Source: Escherichia coli (lineage in GTDB: Bacteria > Pseudomonadota > Gammaproteobacteria > Enterobacterales > Enterobacteriaceae). From it: a stretch of DNA of 64,000 bases. The stretch is taken from the NCBI RefSeq assembly GCF_030013595.1, contig NZ_CP122768.1. The stretch is one strand, 5' to 3'. Shown in pieces: positions 41,048 through 50,199 of the stretch. The notes under the pieces are model-generated. The model ran no database searches. It saw nothing but the letters and a program-made list of their open reading frames with translations, and had not been told where the DNA came from. A program made the position numbers and the translations under genes. Each line of letters starts with the position of its first letter. The stretch's first letter is position 1.

Positions 41048-42714
41048 ACTTTTCTCCCTGCGTGTTGATCCCCTGCTACAACCACGGCGCGATGATGCCG
41101 GGCGTGCTGGCGCGTCTTAAGCCATTTAATCTGCCCTGTATTGTGGTGGATGACGGCAGCGATGCCGCCACGCAACAGCAACTGGATAATCTGGTTAGCG
41201 AACAGCCTGGCGTGACCTTAATTCGCCTGGCAGAAAACGCAGGTAAAGGCGCAGCGGTGATGCGTGGCTTGCAGGCAGCGGCAGACGCAGGGTTCAGCCA
41301 TGCGGTGCAGGTGGATGCTGACGGTCAACATGCGATTGAAGATATCCCCAAACTGCTGGCACTCGCTGAACAACACCCTGTGGCGCTGATCTCCGGTCAG
41401 CCAATTTACGATGACTCCATTCCCCGCTCACGGCTGTACGGGCGCTGGGTCACCCACGTCTGGGTATGGATCGAAACGCTCTCCCTGCAACTGAAAGACA
41501 GCATGTGCGGTTTTCGCGTTTATCCGGTTGCGCCGACGCTGCAACTGGCAAAACGCGCCACCATCGGCAAGCGGATGGATTTCGACACCGAAGTGATGGT
41601 GCGCCTCTACTGGCAGGGAAATACCAGCTATTTCGTGCCGACCCGCGTCACCTATCCACTGGACGGGCTTTCGCATTTTGATGCCCTGAAAGATAACGTC
41701 CGCATCTCGCTCATGCACACGCGTCTGTTTTTCGGCATGTTGCCGCGTATTCCTTCACTGCTGATGTGCCACTCTTCCAGCCACTGGGCGCGGCAGAGTG
41801 AAGTTAAAGGGTTATGGGGAATGCGCCTGATGCTGCTGGTCTGGCGTCTGCTGGGAAGAACGGCGTTTACCGCGCTGCTTTACCCGGTGGTTGGCGTCTA
41901 CTGGCTCACCGCTGCTCGTGCGCGTAAAGCGTCGCAAGACTGGCTCGCCCGTGTGCGCCAACAACAACCACAGGCAGCAAAAATCAACAGCTATCAGCAC
42001 TTTCTACGTTTCGGCAACGCCATGCTCGACAAAATCGCCAGCTGGCGCGGCGAGCTGCAACTCGGGCGTGATGTGCTGTTTGCGCCAGGCGCAGAAGCGG
42101 CGCTTGACGTCCGCGATCCGCGCGGCAAATTGCTGCTGGCCTCACATCTTGGCGATGTGGAAGTGTGCCGGGCGCTGGCAAAAATTGAGGGCTACAAAAC
42201 CATTAACGCGCTGGTGTTTAGCGAAAACGCCCAACGCTTTAAACAGATAATGCAGGAGATGGCTCCCCAGGCAGGCATTAACCTGATGCCGGTAACAGAT
42301 ATCGGCCCGGAAACCGCCATCCTGCTGAAAGAGAAGCTGGATAACGGCGAATGGGTGGCGATTGTCGGTGACCGCATCGCCGTCACCCCGCAACGCGGCG
42401 GCGACTGGCGCGTCTGCTGGAGTCCGTTTATGGGCCAGCCTGCGCCCTTCCCACAGGGGCCGTTTATTCTCGCCTCTATTTTGCGCTGCCCGGTGAATCT
42501 GATTTTCGCCCTACGCCAGCACGGCAAGCTGCATATTCACTGCGAAACCTTTGCCGACCCGCTGCTGTTGCCGCGTGGCGAACGCCAACAGGCGCTGCAA
42601 AACGCTATCGACCACTACGCCGCGCGTCTGGAACATTACGCGCTCCAGTCGCCCCTCGACTGGTTTAATTTTTTCGATTTCTGGCAACTGCCGGAAATTC
42701 AGGACAAGGAGTAA
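41038..42714 (+). CDS. apeJ: bifunctional GT2 glycosyltransferase / LpxL-like lipid A-type acyltransferase fusion
   Basis: N-terminal family-2 GT features (CVLIPCYNHG, VVDDGSD, VDADGQH) followed by a C-terminal half resembling HtrB/MsbB late acyltransferases. Confidence 0.7.
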   Translation: MSVNFSPCVLIPCYNHGAMMPGVLARLKPFNLPCIVVDDGSDAATQQQLDNLVSEQPGVTLIRLAENAGKGAAVMRGLQAAADAGFSHAVQVDADGQHAIEDIPKLLALAEQHPVALISGQPIYDDSIPRSRLYGRWVTHVWVWIETLSLQLKDSMCGFRVYPVAPTLQLAKRATIGKRMDFDTEVMVRLYWQGNTSYFVPTRVTYPLDGLSHFDALKDNVRISLMHTRLFFGMLPRIPSLLMCHSSSHWARQSEVKGLWGMRLMLLVWRLLGRTAFTALLYPVVGVYWLTAARARKASQDWLARVRQQQPQAAKINSYQHFLRFGNAMLDKIASWRGELQLGRDVLFAPGAEAALDVRDPRGKLLLASHLGDVEVCRALAKIEGYKTINALVFSENAQRFKQIMQEMAPQAGINLMPVTDIGPETAILLKEKLDNGEWVAIVGDRIAVTPQRGGDWRVCWSPFMGQPAPFPQGPFILASILRCPVNLIFALRQHGKLHIHCETFADPLLLPRGERQQALQNAIDHYAARLEHYALQSPLDWFNFFDFWQLPEIQDKE

Positions 42715-42717
42715 AGG

Positions 42718-43140
42718 GTGCTTAACGATCCCCGATTTACCGCTGAAGTCGAGCTGACCATTCCCTTTCACGACGTCGATATGATGGGCGTGGCCTGGCA
42801 CGGTAACTATTTTCGCTACTTTGAAGTGGCCCGCGAGGCGCTGCTCAACCAGTTCAATTACGGCTATCGGCAGATGAAAGAGTCCGGTTATTTGTGGCCA
42901 GTGGTCGATGCGCGGGTGAAATATCGCCACGCCCTCACCTTTGAGCAACGCATCCGCGTGCGTGCGCATATCGAAGAGTTCGAAAACCGTCTGCGGATTG
43001 GCTATCAGATTTTCGATGCCGAAACGGGCAAACGCGCCACCACCGGATACACCATTCAGGTCGCAGTCGACGAGCAAAGCCGCGAACTGTGCTTTGTCAG
43101 CCCCGATATTCTGTTTGAACGCATGGGAGTCAAACCATGA
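42718..43140 (+). CDS. apeK: 4HBT/YbgC-type hotdog thioesterase
   Basis: 140 aa, GTG start; conserved N-terminal HDVD...GVAWHGNYFRYFE region typical of 4-hydroxybenzoyl-CoA thioesterase family. Confidence 0.75.
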   Translation: MLNDPRFTAEVELTIPFHDVDMMGVAWHGNYFRYFEVAREALLNQFNYGYRQMKESGYLWPVVDARVKYRHALTFEQRIRVRAHIEEFENRLRIGYQIFDAETGKRATTGYTIQVAVDEQSRELCFVSPDILFERMGVKP

Positions 43141-43742
43141 AATTTTTACCGCTGCTGGCGCTGCTGATTAGCCCGTTTGTGAGCGCCCTGACCCGGGACG
43201 ATCTTCAGCAACGCTTTACCGAACAACCGGTGATCCGCGCCCATTTCGATCAAACCCGGACGATTAAAGATCTGCCGCAGCCGCTGCGATCTCAGGGTCA
43301 GATGTTGATCGCCCGCGACCAGGGGTTATTGTGGGATCAAACCTCACCGTTCCCCATGCAACTATTACTGGACGATAAACGCATGGTGCAGGTGATCAAC
43401 GGTCAGCCGCCGCAAATCATCACGGCAGAAAACAACCCACAGATGTTCCAGTTTAACCACCTGCTGCGCGCGCTGTTCCAGGCCGATCGCAAAGTGCTGG
43501 AACAAAACTTCCGCGTCGAATTTGCCGACAAAGGCGAAGGCCGCTGGACGCTGCGCCTGACGCCGACCACCACGCCGCTGGACAAAATTTTCAACACCAT
43601 CGATCTCGCCGGGCAAACCTATCTGGAGAGCATTCAGCTTAATGATAAACAGGGCGATCGCACCGATATCGCTCTTACCCAACATCAACTGACACCAGCG
43701 CAACTGACCGATGACGAACGCCAACGCTTTGCCACCCAGTAA
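43137..43742 (+). CDS. apeL: LolA-like outer-membrane lipoprotein carrier protein
   Basis: 201 aa with signal peptide MKFLPLLALLISPFVSA; size and composition of LolA/LolB fold. Confidence 0.65.
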   Translation: MKFLPLLALLISPFVSALTRDDLQQRFTEQPVIRAHFDQTRTIKDLPQPLRSQGQMLIARDQGLLWDQTSPFPMQLLLDDKRMVQVINGQPPQIITAENNPQMFQFNHLLRALFQADRKVLEQNFRVEFADKGEGRWTLRLTPTTTPLDKIFNTIDLAGQTYLESIQLNDKQGDRTDIALTQHQLTPAQLTDDERQRFATQ

Positions 43743-46029
43743 ACGCCCCGCGCTGTTATGGGGGCTAGTCTGCCTGGTCATGGCGGCGGCGTTGCTGATC
43801 CTGCTGCCACAATCACGACTGAACAGTAGCGTGCTGGCTATGTTACCCAAACAGGCGATGGGCGATATTCCTCCGGCGCTGAATGACGGCTTTATGCAGC
43901 GTCTGGACCGCCAACTGGTGTGGCTGGTCAGCCCCGGTAAAGAGGCTAATCCCAGGGTGGCTCAGGAGTGGCTGACGCTGCTGCAAAAATCCGCTGCGCT
44001 CGGCGACATTAAAGGGCCAATGGATGCCGCCAGCCAGCAGGCGTGGGGAGCGTTTTTCTGGCAGCACCGCAACGGCCTGATTGACCCCGACACCCGCGCC
44101 CGCCTGCAAAATGGCGGCGAAGCGCAGGCGAAGTGGATCCTCTCCCAGCTTTATTCTGCGTTCTCCGGGGTAAGCGGCAAGGAGCTGCAAAACGATCCGC
44201 TGATGTTAATGCGCGGCTCGCAGCTGGCGATGGCGAAAAATGGCCAGCGTTTACGACTAATGGACGGCTGGCTGGTGACGCAGGATCCCCAGGGCAATTA
44301 CTGGTATCTGCTGCACGGCGAACTGGCGGGATCGTCGTTTGATATGCAGCAAACCCACCAGCTCATCACGACCCTGAATACGCTGGAAAAGGCTCTGAAA
44401 ACGCGTTACCCGCAGGCGCAGTTGCTCTCACGCGGCACGGTGTTTTACAGCGATTACGCCAGCCAACAGGCGAAGCAGGATATCTCCACCCTGGGCGTGG
44501 CAACGCTGCTGGGGGTGATATTGCTGATTGTGGCGGTGTTCCGCTCTTTGCGCCCGTTGCTGCTTTGCGTGATTTCCATCGGCATCGGCGCGCTGGCGGG
44601 AACGGCCGCCACATTGTTGATTTTCGGTGAATTACACCTGATGACGCTGGTGATGAGCATGAGCGTTATCGGCATTTCCGCTGACTACACGCTCTATTAT
44701 CTCACCGAGCGGATGGTGCACGGCAACGACGTTTCGCCGTGGCAAAGCCTGGCGAAAGTACGCAATGCCCTGCTGCTGGCGCTGCTCACAACCGTGGCGG
44801 CATATCTGATTATGATGCTCGCCCCCTTCCCCGGCATTCGCCAGATGGCGATTTTTGCCGCCGTCGGGTTGAGCGCCTCTTGTCTGACCGTCCTGTTCTG
44901 GCATCCGTGGCTGTGCCGTGGTCTGCCGGTGCGCCCGGTTCCGGCGATGGCGCTGATGCTACGCTGGCTGGCAGCGTGGCGGCGCAATAAAAAACTGTCG
45001 CGGGGTCTGCCCGTTGCGCTGGCGCTGTTTTCGCTGGCGGGGATGTCAATGCTGCGCGTCGATGACGATATCTCGCAGTTACAGGCGCTGCCGCAGCACA
45101 TTCTGGCGCAGGAGAAAGCCATTACCGCCCTGACCGGACAAAGCGTCGATCAAAAATGGTTTGTAGTTTACGGCGACTCCCCACAGCAAACATTGCGGCG
45201 ACTGGAGAAATATACCGCCTCACTTGAGTATGCGAAAAAAGAGGGGCTTATCAGCAACTACCGCACTATTCCGCTGAACTCCCTGGCGCGGCAGGAGGAA
45301 GACTTAGACCTGCTGAAAACGGCTGCCCCGACGGTAACAAAAGCACTGCAAAATGCAGGGCTGACGGCGGTGAAACCAGATCTCAACGCCATGCCGGTGA
45401 AGGTCGATGAATGGCTGGCAAGCCCCGCCAGTGAAGGCTGGCGTCTGCTGTGGCTGACGCTGGAAAACGGCGAAAGCGGTGTACTGGTGCCGGTTGAAGG
45501 GGTTAAAAGTAGCGCATTGTTGCAGGAAATCGCCAGCTATTACCCTTGCGGCATTGCCTGGGTTGATCGCAAAAGCTCCTTTGATGAATTGTTCGCACTT
45601 TACCGCTACGTCTTAACCGGCTTGTTGCTGGTGGCGCTGGCAGTGATTGCCTGCGGCGCAGTGGCCCGTCTCGGCTGGCGCAAAGGGCTTATCAGCCTGG
45701 TGCCTTCGGTGCTTTCGCTGGGCTGTGGTCTGGCGGTGCTGGCGATGAGCGGGCAGGCGGTGAATCTCTTTTCGCTGCTGGCGCTGGTGCTGGTGCTTGG
45801 CATCGGTATCAACTACACGCTGTTTTTCAGTAATCCGCGCGGTACACCGTTAACTTCGCTACTGGCGATCGCGCTGGCAATGCTCACCACCTTGCTGACG
45901 CTGGGAATGCTGGTATTCAGCGCCACCCAGGCCATCAGCAGTTTTGGCATTGTGCTGGTGAGCGGTATTTTCACCGCCTTCCTGCTTTCGCCGCTGGCTA
46001 TGCCCGATAAAAAGAGAACAAAAAAATGA
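43711..46029 (+). CDS. apeM: MMPL/RND-superfamily membrane exporter
   Basis: 772 aa with two hydrophobic TM bundles separated by soluble domains; start uncertain (ATG at 43711 or TTG at 43729). Confidence 0.75.
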   Translation: MTNANALPPSKRPALLWGLVCLVMAAALLILLPQSRLNSSVLAMLPKQAMGDIPPALNDGFMQRLDRQLVWLVSPGKEANPRVAQEWLTLLQKSAALGDIKGPMDAASQQAWGAFFWQHRNGLIDPDTRARLQNGGEAQAKWILSQLYSAFSGVSGKELQNDPLMLMRGSQLAMAKNGQRLRLMDGWLVTQDPQGNYWYLLHGELAGSSFDMQQTHQLITTLNTLEKALKTRYPQAQLLSRGTVFYSDYASQQAKQDISTLGVATLLGVILLIVAVFRSLRPLLLCVISIGIGALAGTAATLLIFGELHLMTLVMSMSVIGISADYTLYYLTERMVHGNDVSPWQSLAKVRNALLLALLTTVAAYLIMMLAPFPGIRQMAIFAAVGLSASCLTVLFWHPWLCRGLPVRPVPAMALMLRWLAAWRRNKKLSRGLPVALALFSLAGMSMLRVDDDISQLQALPQHILAQEKAITALTGQSVDQKWFVVYGDSPQQTLRRLEKYTASLEYAKKEGLISNYRTIPLNSLARQEEDLDLLKTAAPTVTKALQNAGLTAVKPDLNAMPVKVDEWLASPASEGWRLLWLTLENGESGVLVPVEGVKSSALLQEIASYYPCGIAWVDRKSSFDELFALYRYVLTGLLLVALAVIACGAVARLGWRKGLISLVPSVLSLGCGLAVLAMSGQAVNLFSLLALVLVLGIGINYTLFFSNPRGTPLTSLLAIALAMLTTLLTLGMLVFSATQAISSFGIVLVSGIFTAFLLSPLAMPDKKRTKK

Positions 46030-46610
46030 TCAAATCCACATTCTGGCGAGCGTTCGCCCTGACCGCTACGCTTATCCTCACCGGCTGTAGCCACTCGCAA
46101 CCAGAACAGGAAGGCCGCCCGCAGGCGTGGCTGCAACCTGGCACGCGCATCACGCTGCCGGCACCAGGGATTTCACCCGCAGTCAATTCGCAGCAACTGT
46201 TGACCGGCAGCTTCAACGGCAAAACCCAGTCGCTGTTAGTGATGCTTAACGCCGACGATCAGAAAATCACCCTTGCCGGGCTGTCGTCGGTCGGCATTCG
46301 CCTGTTTCTGGTGACCTACGATGCGCAAGGGCTACGCGCCGAGCAATCCATCGTCGTCCCACAGTTACCGCCCGCAAGTCAGGTACTGGCTGACGTGATG
46401 CTCAGCCACTGGCCGATTAGCGCCTGGGAGGCGCAACTTCCCGCAGGATGGACACTTCGCGACAACGGTGACAAACGCGAGCTGCGTAACGCCAGCGGCA
46501 AACTGGTCACGGAAATCACCTATCTGAATCGCCAGGGAAAACGCGTGCCAATCAGAATTGAGCAGCATGTCTTTAAATACCACATCACCATTCAATACTT
46601 AGGTGAATGA
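46026..46610 (+). CDS. apeN: DUF3261-type lipoprotein
   Basis: 194 aa, lipobox LTGCSHS; ATGA overlap with apeM. Confidence 0.6.
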   Translation: MIKSTFWRAFALTATLILTGCSHSQPEQEGRPQAWLQPGTRITLPAPGISPAVNSQQLLTGSFNGKTQSLLVMLNADDQKITLAGLSSVGIRLFLVTYDAQGLRAEQSIVVPQLPPASQVLADVMLSHWPISAWEAQLPAGWTLRDNGDKRELRNASGKLVTEITYLNRQGKRVPIRIEQHVFKYHITIQYLGE

Positions 46611-46611
46611 T

Positions 46612-47781
46612 ATGATTTATATTTCCGCCGTCGGCATGATCAACGCCCTGGGAAATAACCTTGACGAAATCGCAGCCAACCTGGCTCGCGGTGTCGCCCC
46701 CGGCATGCGCCCACGCGCAGGCTGGTTGCAGGGGCATCCGCAGGCGGTCCTGGCTGGCGTGGATGGCGAGCTTCCGCTTATCCCGGAAAAATTCGCTGCG
46801 CATCGCTCGCGCAACAATCAGATCCTGCTGGCGGCGCTGGCGCAGCTCCAGCCGCAGGTTGATGACGCTATCGCGAAATATGGCTGCGAGCGCATCGCGA
46901 TTGTGCTTGGCACCAGCACCTCCGGCCTGCATGAAGGCGACACGCACGTTAACCTGCACACCCACGGGCAGCCGAGCACCACGTGGCACTATGCACAACA
47001 AGAACTCGGCGATCCGTCGCGTTTTCTCAGCCACTGGCTGGCGCTCGACGGCCCGGCTTATACCCTTTCAACCGCCTGCTCCTCCAGTGCCAGAGCAATG
47101 ATCAGCGGGCGCAGGCTTATCGAAGCGGGGCTGGTCGATGCCGCCATTGTGGGTGGCGCAGACACCCTGAGCCGAATGCCGATTAACGGTTTTCACAGCC
47201 TCGAATCGCTCTCGCCAACCTTATGTCAGCCGTTTAGTCGTGACCGCGCAGGTATCACCATTGGTGAAGGGGCGGGGCTAATGCTGCTGACCCGGGAACC
47301 GCAGCCCATCGCGTTGCTGGGCGTTGGTGAATCGAGCGACGCTTACCATATTTCAGCCCCGCATCCGCAGGGCGAAGGAGCGATCCGCGCTATTAATCAG
47401 GCGCTGACCGATGCGCAGCTTACGCCGGATGACGTCGGCTATATCAACCTGCACGGCACCGCCACACAGCTCAACGACCAGATTGAATCAATGGTGGTTA
47501 ACGCCCTGTTTGGCGAACGCGTACCGTGCAGCTCCACCAAACATTTGACCGGACACACGCTCGGCGCGGCTGGCATTACCGAGGCGGCAATTAGTATGTT
47601 GATTTTACAGCGTGATTTACCGCTGCCCGCTCAGGACTTCAGCCTGTCGCCGCGCGATCCCACGCTGCCACCGTGTGGCATTATCGAAAAACCGCAGCCG
47701 CTGGCACGTCCGGTGATCCTGTCCAATTCCTTCGCCTTTGGCGGCAATAACGCCAGCATTCTGCTCGGGAGGGTTTCGTGA
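46612..47781 (+). CDS. apeO: beta-ketoacyl-ACP synthase (KS)
   Basis: Active-site motif STACSSSARAM plus LHGTATQ and GHTLGAAG histidines; start set at MIYISAVG (ORF track starts at GTG 46603). Confidence 0.85.
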   Translation: MIYISAVGMINALGNNLDEIAANLARGVAPGMRPRAGWLQGHPQAVLAGVDGELPLIPEKFAAHRSRNNQILLAALAQLQPQVDDAIAKYGCERIAIVLGTSTSGLHEGDTHVNLHTHGQPSTTWHYAQQELGDPSRFLSHWLALDGPAYTLSTACSSSARAMISGRRLIEAGLVDAAIVGGADTLSRMPINGFHSLESLSPTLCQPFSRDRAGITIGEGAGLMLLTREPQPIALLGVGESSDAYHISAPHPQGEGAIRAINQALTDAQLTPDDVGYINLHGTATQLNDQIESMVVNALFGERVPCSSTKHLTGHTLGAAGITEAAISMLILQRDLPLPAQDFSLSPRDPTLPPCGIIEKPQPLARPVILSNSFAFGGNNASILLGRVS

Positions 47782-48242
47782 GCCACTATTTATCCCCCGG
47801 CGCTTATCTGCCCCACGACGCGCCCATGTTACTGCTGGAAGACGTGGTGAGCGTCAGCGATGACAGCGCGGTGTGCCGCGTGACGGTTTCGCCCAGTGGC
47901 GTACTGGCACCGTTTCTCGACCCGGACGGCAATCTCCCTGGCTGGTTTGCCCTTGAACTGATGGCGCAAACCGTCGGCGTCTGGTCTGGCTGGCATCGCC
48001 ACCAGCAGGGCAAAAACAGTATTGAGTTAGGGATGATACTGGGCGCGCGTGAATTGCTTTGCACCACTGGCATTCTGCCCGCAGGCCAGACGCTGACCAT
48101 TACCGTCAAACTGCTGATGCAGGACGATCGCTTCGGCAGCTTTGAGTGCAGCATCAACGACGGCGAGGCGACGGGCCGCATTAACACCTTCCAGCCGACC
48201 GCGGAAGAACTTACCACCCTGTTTCAACAAGGAGCGTCCTGA
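47778..48242 (+). CDS. apeP: hotdog-fold 3-hydroxyacyl-ACP dehydratase
   Basis: 154 aa FabA-like; GTGA overlap with apeO stop. Confidence 0.65.
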   Translation: MSHYLSPGAYLPHDAPMLLLEDVVSVSDDSAVCRVTVSPSGVLAPFLDPDGNLPGWFALELMAQTVGVWSGWHRHQQGKNSIELGMILGARELLCTTGILPAGQTLTITVKLLMQDDRFGSFECSINDGEATGRINTFQPTAEELTTLFQQGAS

Positions 48243-48973
48243 TGAGTCGTTCAGTTCTGGTTACTGGTGCCAGCAAAGGCATTGGTCGCGCCATCGCCTG
48301 CAAGCTTGCGGCAGACGGCTTTAACATTGGCGTTCACTATCACCGTGACGCCACAGGCGCTCAGGAAACGCTGAATGCCATTGTCGCCAACGGGGGTAAC
48401 GGGCGTTTGCTCAGTTTCGACGTCGCAAACCGCGAACAGTGTCGGGAAGTGCTGGAGCATGAGATCGCGCAACACGGTGCCTGGTACGGCGTGGTCAGTA
48501 ACGCCGGGATCGCCCGCGATGCCGCTTTTCCGGCTTTAAGCGATGACGACTGGGATGCGGTGATCCACACCAACCTCGACAGTTTCTACAACGTCATTCA
48601 GCCGTGCATTATGCCAATGATCGGCGCGCGCCAGGGTGGGCGCATCATCACGCTGTCCTCGGTTTCCGGCGTAATGGGCAATCGCGGCCAGGTGAATTAC
48701 AGCGCAGCCAAAGCCGGAATTATCGGCGCAACAAAAGCACTGGCTATCGAACTCGCAAAGCGCAAAATCACCGTCAATTGCATCGCGCCAGGGCTTATTG
48801 ATACCGGGATGATCGAAATGGAAGAAAGCGCTCTGAAAGAGGCAATGTCGATGATCCCCATGAAACGTATGGGCCAGGCGGAAGAAGTTGCCGGGCTTGC
48901 CAGTTATTTAATGTCTGATATTGCGGGTTACGTCACCCGCCAGGTTATTTCCATCAACGGAGGGATGTTATGA
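48242..48973 (+). CDS. apeQ: SDR-family 3-oxoacyl-ACP reductase (FabG-like)
   Basis: Rossmann motif VTGASKGIGRAIA and catalytic YSAAK. Confidence 0.85.
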   Translation: MSRSVLVTGASKGIGRAIACKLAADGFNIGVHYHRDATGAQETLNAIVANGGNGRLLSFDVANREQCREVLEHEIAQHGAWYGVVSNAGIARDAAFPALSDDDWDAVIHTNLDSFYNVIQPCIMPMIGARQGGRIITLSSVSGVMGNRGQVNYSAAKAGIIGATKALAIELAKRKITVNCIAPGLIDTGMIEMEESALKEAMSMIPMKRMGQAEEVAGLASYLMSDIAGYVTRQVISINGGML

Positions 48974-50199
48974 CACGTCGCGTAGTGATTACAGGAATGG
49001 GCGGCGTGACTGCCTTTGGTGAAAACTGGCAGGACGTTTCTGCACGCTTACTGGCGTATGAAAATGCGGTGCGCAAAATGCCGGAGTGGCAGGTCTACGA
49101 TGGGCTGCACACCCTGCTTGGCGCGCCTGTTGATGATTTCACGCTACCGGAGCACTACACCCGCAAGCGTATCCGTGCGATGGGCCGCGTGTCGCAAATG
49201 TCGACCCGTGCCAGCGAGCTGGCGTTAGAGCAGGCAGGGTTGATTGGCGATCCGATATTAACCAGCGGCGAAACGGGCATTGCGTACGGTTCATCGACCG
49301 GCAGTACCGGTCCGGTGAGCGAATTTGCCACCATGCTGACTGAAAAGCACACGAACAACATCACTGGCACCACCTATGTGCAGATGATGCCGCACACCAC
49401 CGCTGTTAATACTGGCCTCTTTTTCGGCCTGCGCGGGCGGGTGATCCCAACCTCCAGCGCCTGTACCTCCGGCAGCCAGGCGATCGGTTATGCGTGGGAA
49501 GCCATTCGCCACGGTTATCAAACGGTGATGGTTGCCGGTGGTGCCGAAGAGTTATGCCCTTCAGAAGCAGCAGTGTTTGATACCCTTTTTGCCACCAGCC
49601 AGCACAATGATGCGCCGAAAACCACACCTTCACCGTTCGATGAAAACCGCGACGGACTGGTGATTGGTGAAGGCGCAGGTACGCTCATTCTCGAAGAACT
49701 GGAGCATGCCAAAGCGCGCGGCGCGACCATTTACGGTGAAATCGTCGGCTTTGCGACGAACTGCGACGCGGCACATATTACCCAGCCGCAGCGCGAAACC
49801 ATGCAGTATTGTATGGAGCAATCGCTGAAAATCGCAGGGTTAAGCGCACAAGATATCGGCTATATTTCAGCGCATGGTACGGCGACCGATCGCGGTGATA
49901 TGGCAGAAAGTCTGGCGACAGCAACCATTTACGGTGATAATGTGCCGCTCTCCTCGCTGAAAAGTTATTTTGGTCATACGCTTGGTGCCTGTGGCGCGCT
50001 CGAAGCCTGGATGAGTCTGCAAATGATGCGCGAAGGTTGGTTTGCGCCTACGCTAAACCTGAATAAACCAGACCCGAATTGTGGCGCGCTGGATTACATC
50101 ATGCATGAAGCCCGCAGGGTTGATTGTGAGTTTTTGCAGAGTAACAACTTTGCCTTTGGCGGCATTAATACATCCATCATTATTAAGCGCTGGCCCTGA
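48970..50199 (+). CDS. apeR: beta-ketoacyl-ACP synthase (FabB/FabF-like)
   Basis: 409 aa with TSSACTSGSQAIG active-site Cys, AHGTATD and GHTLGACG histidines; ATGA overlap with apeQ. Confidence 0.85.
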   Translation: MTRRVVITGMGGVTAFGENWQDVSARLLAYENAVRKMPEWQVYDGLHTLLGAPVDDFTLPEHYTRKRIRAMGRVSQMSTRASELALEQAGLIGDPILTSGETGIAYGSSTGSTGPVSEFATMLTEKHTNNITGTTYVQMMPHTTAVNTGLFFGLRGRVIPTSSACTSGSQAIGYAWEAIRHGYQTVMVAGGAEELCPSEAAVFDTLFATSQHNDAPKTTPSPFDENRDGLVIGEGAGTLILEELEHAKARGATIYGEIVGFATNCDAAHITQPQRETMQYCMEQSLKIAGLSAQDIGYISAHGTATDRGDMAESLATATIYGDNVPLSSLKSYFGHTLGACGALEAWMSLQMMREGWFAPTLNLNKPDPNCGALDYIMHEARRVDCEFLQSNNFAFGGINTSIIIKRWP

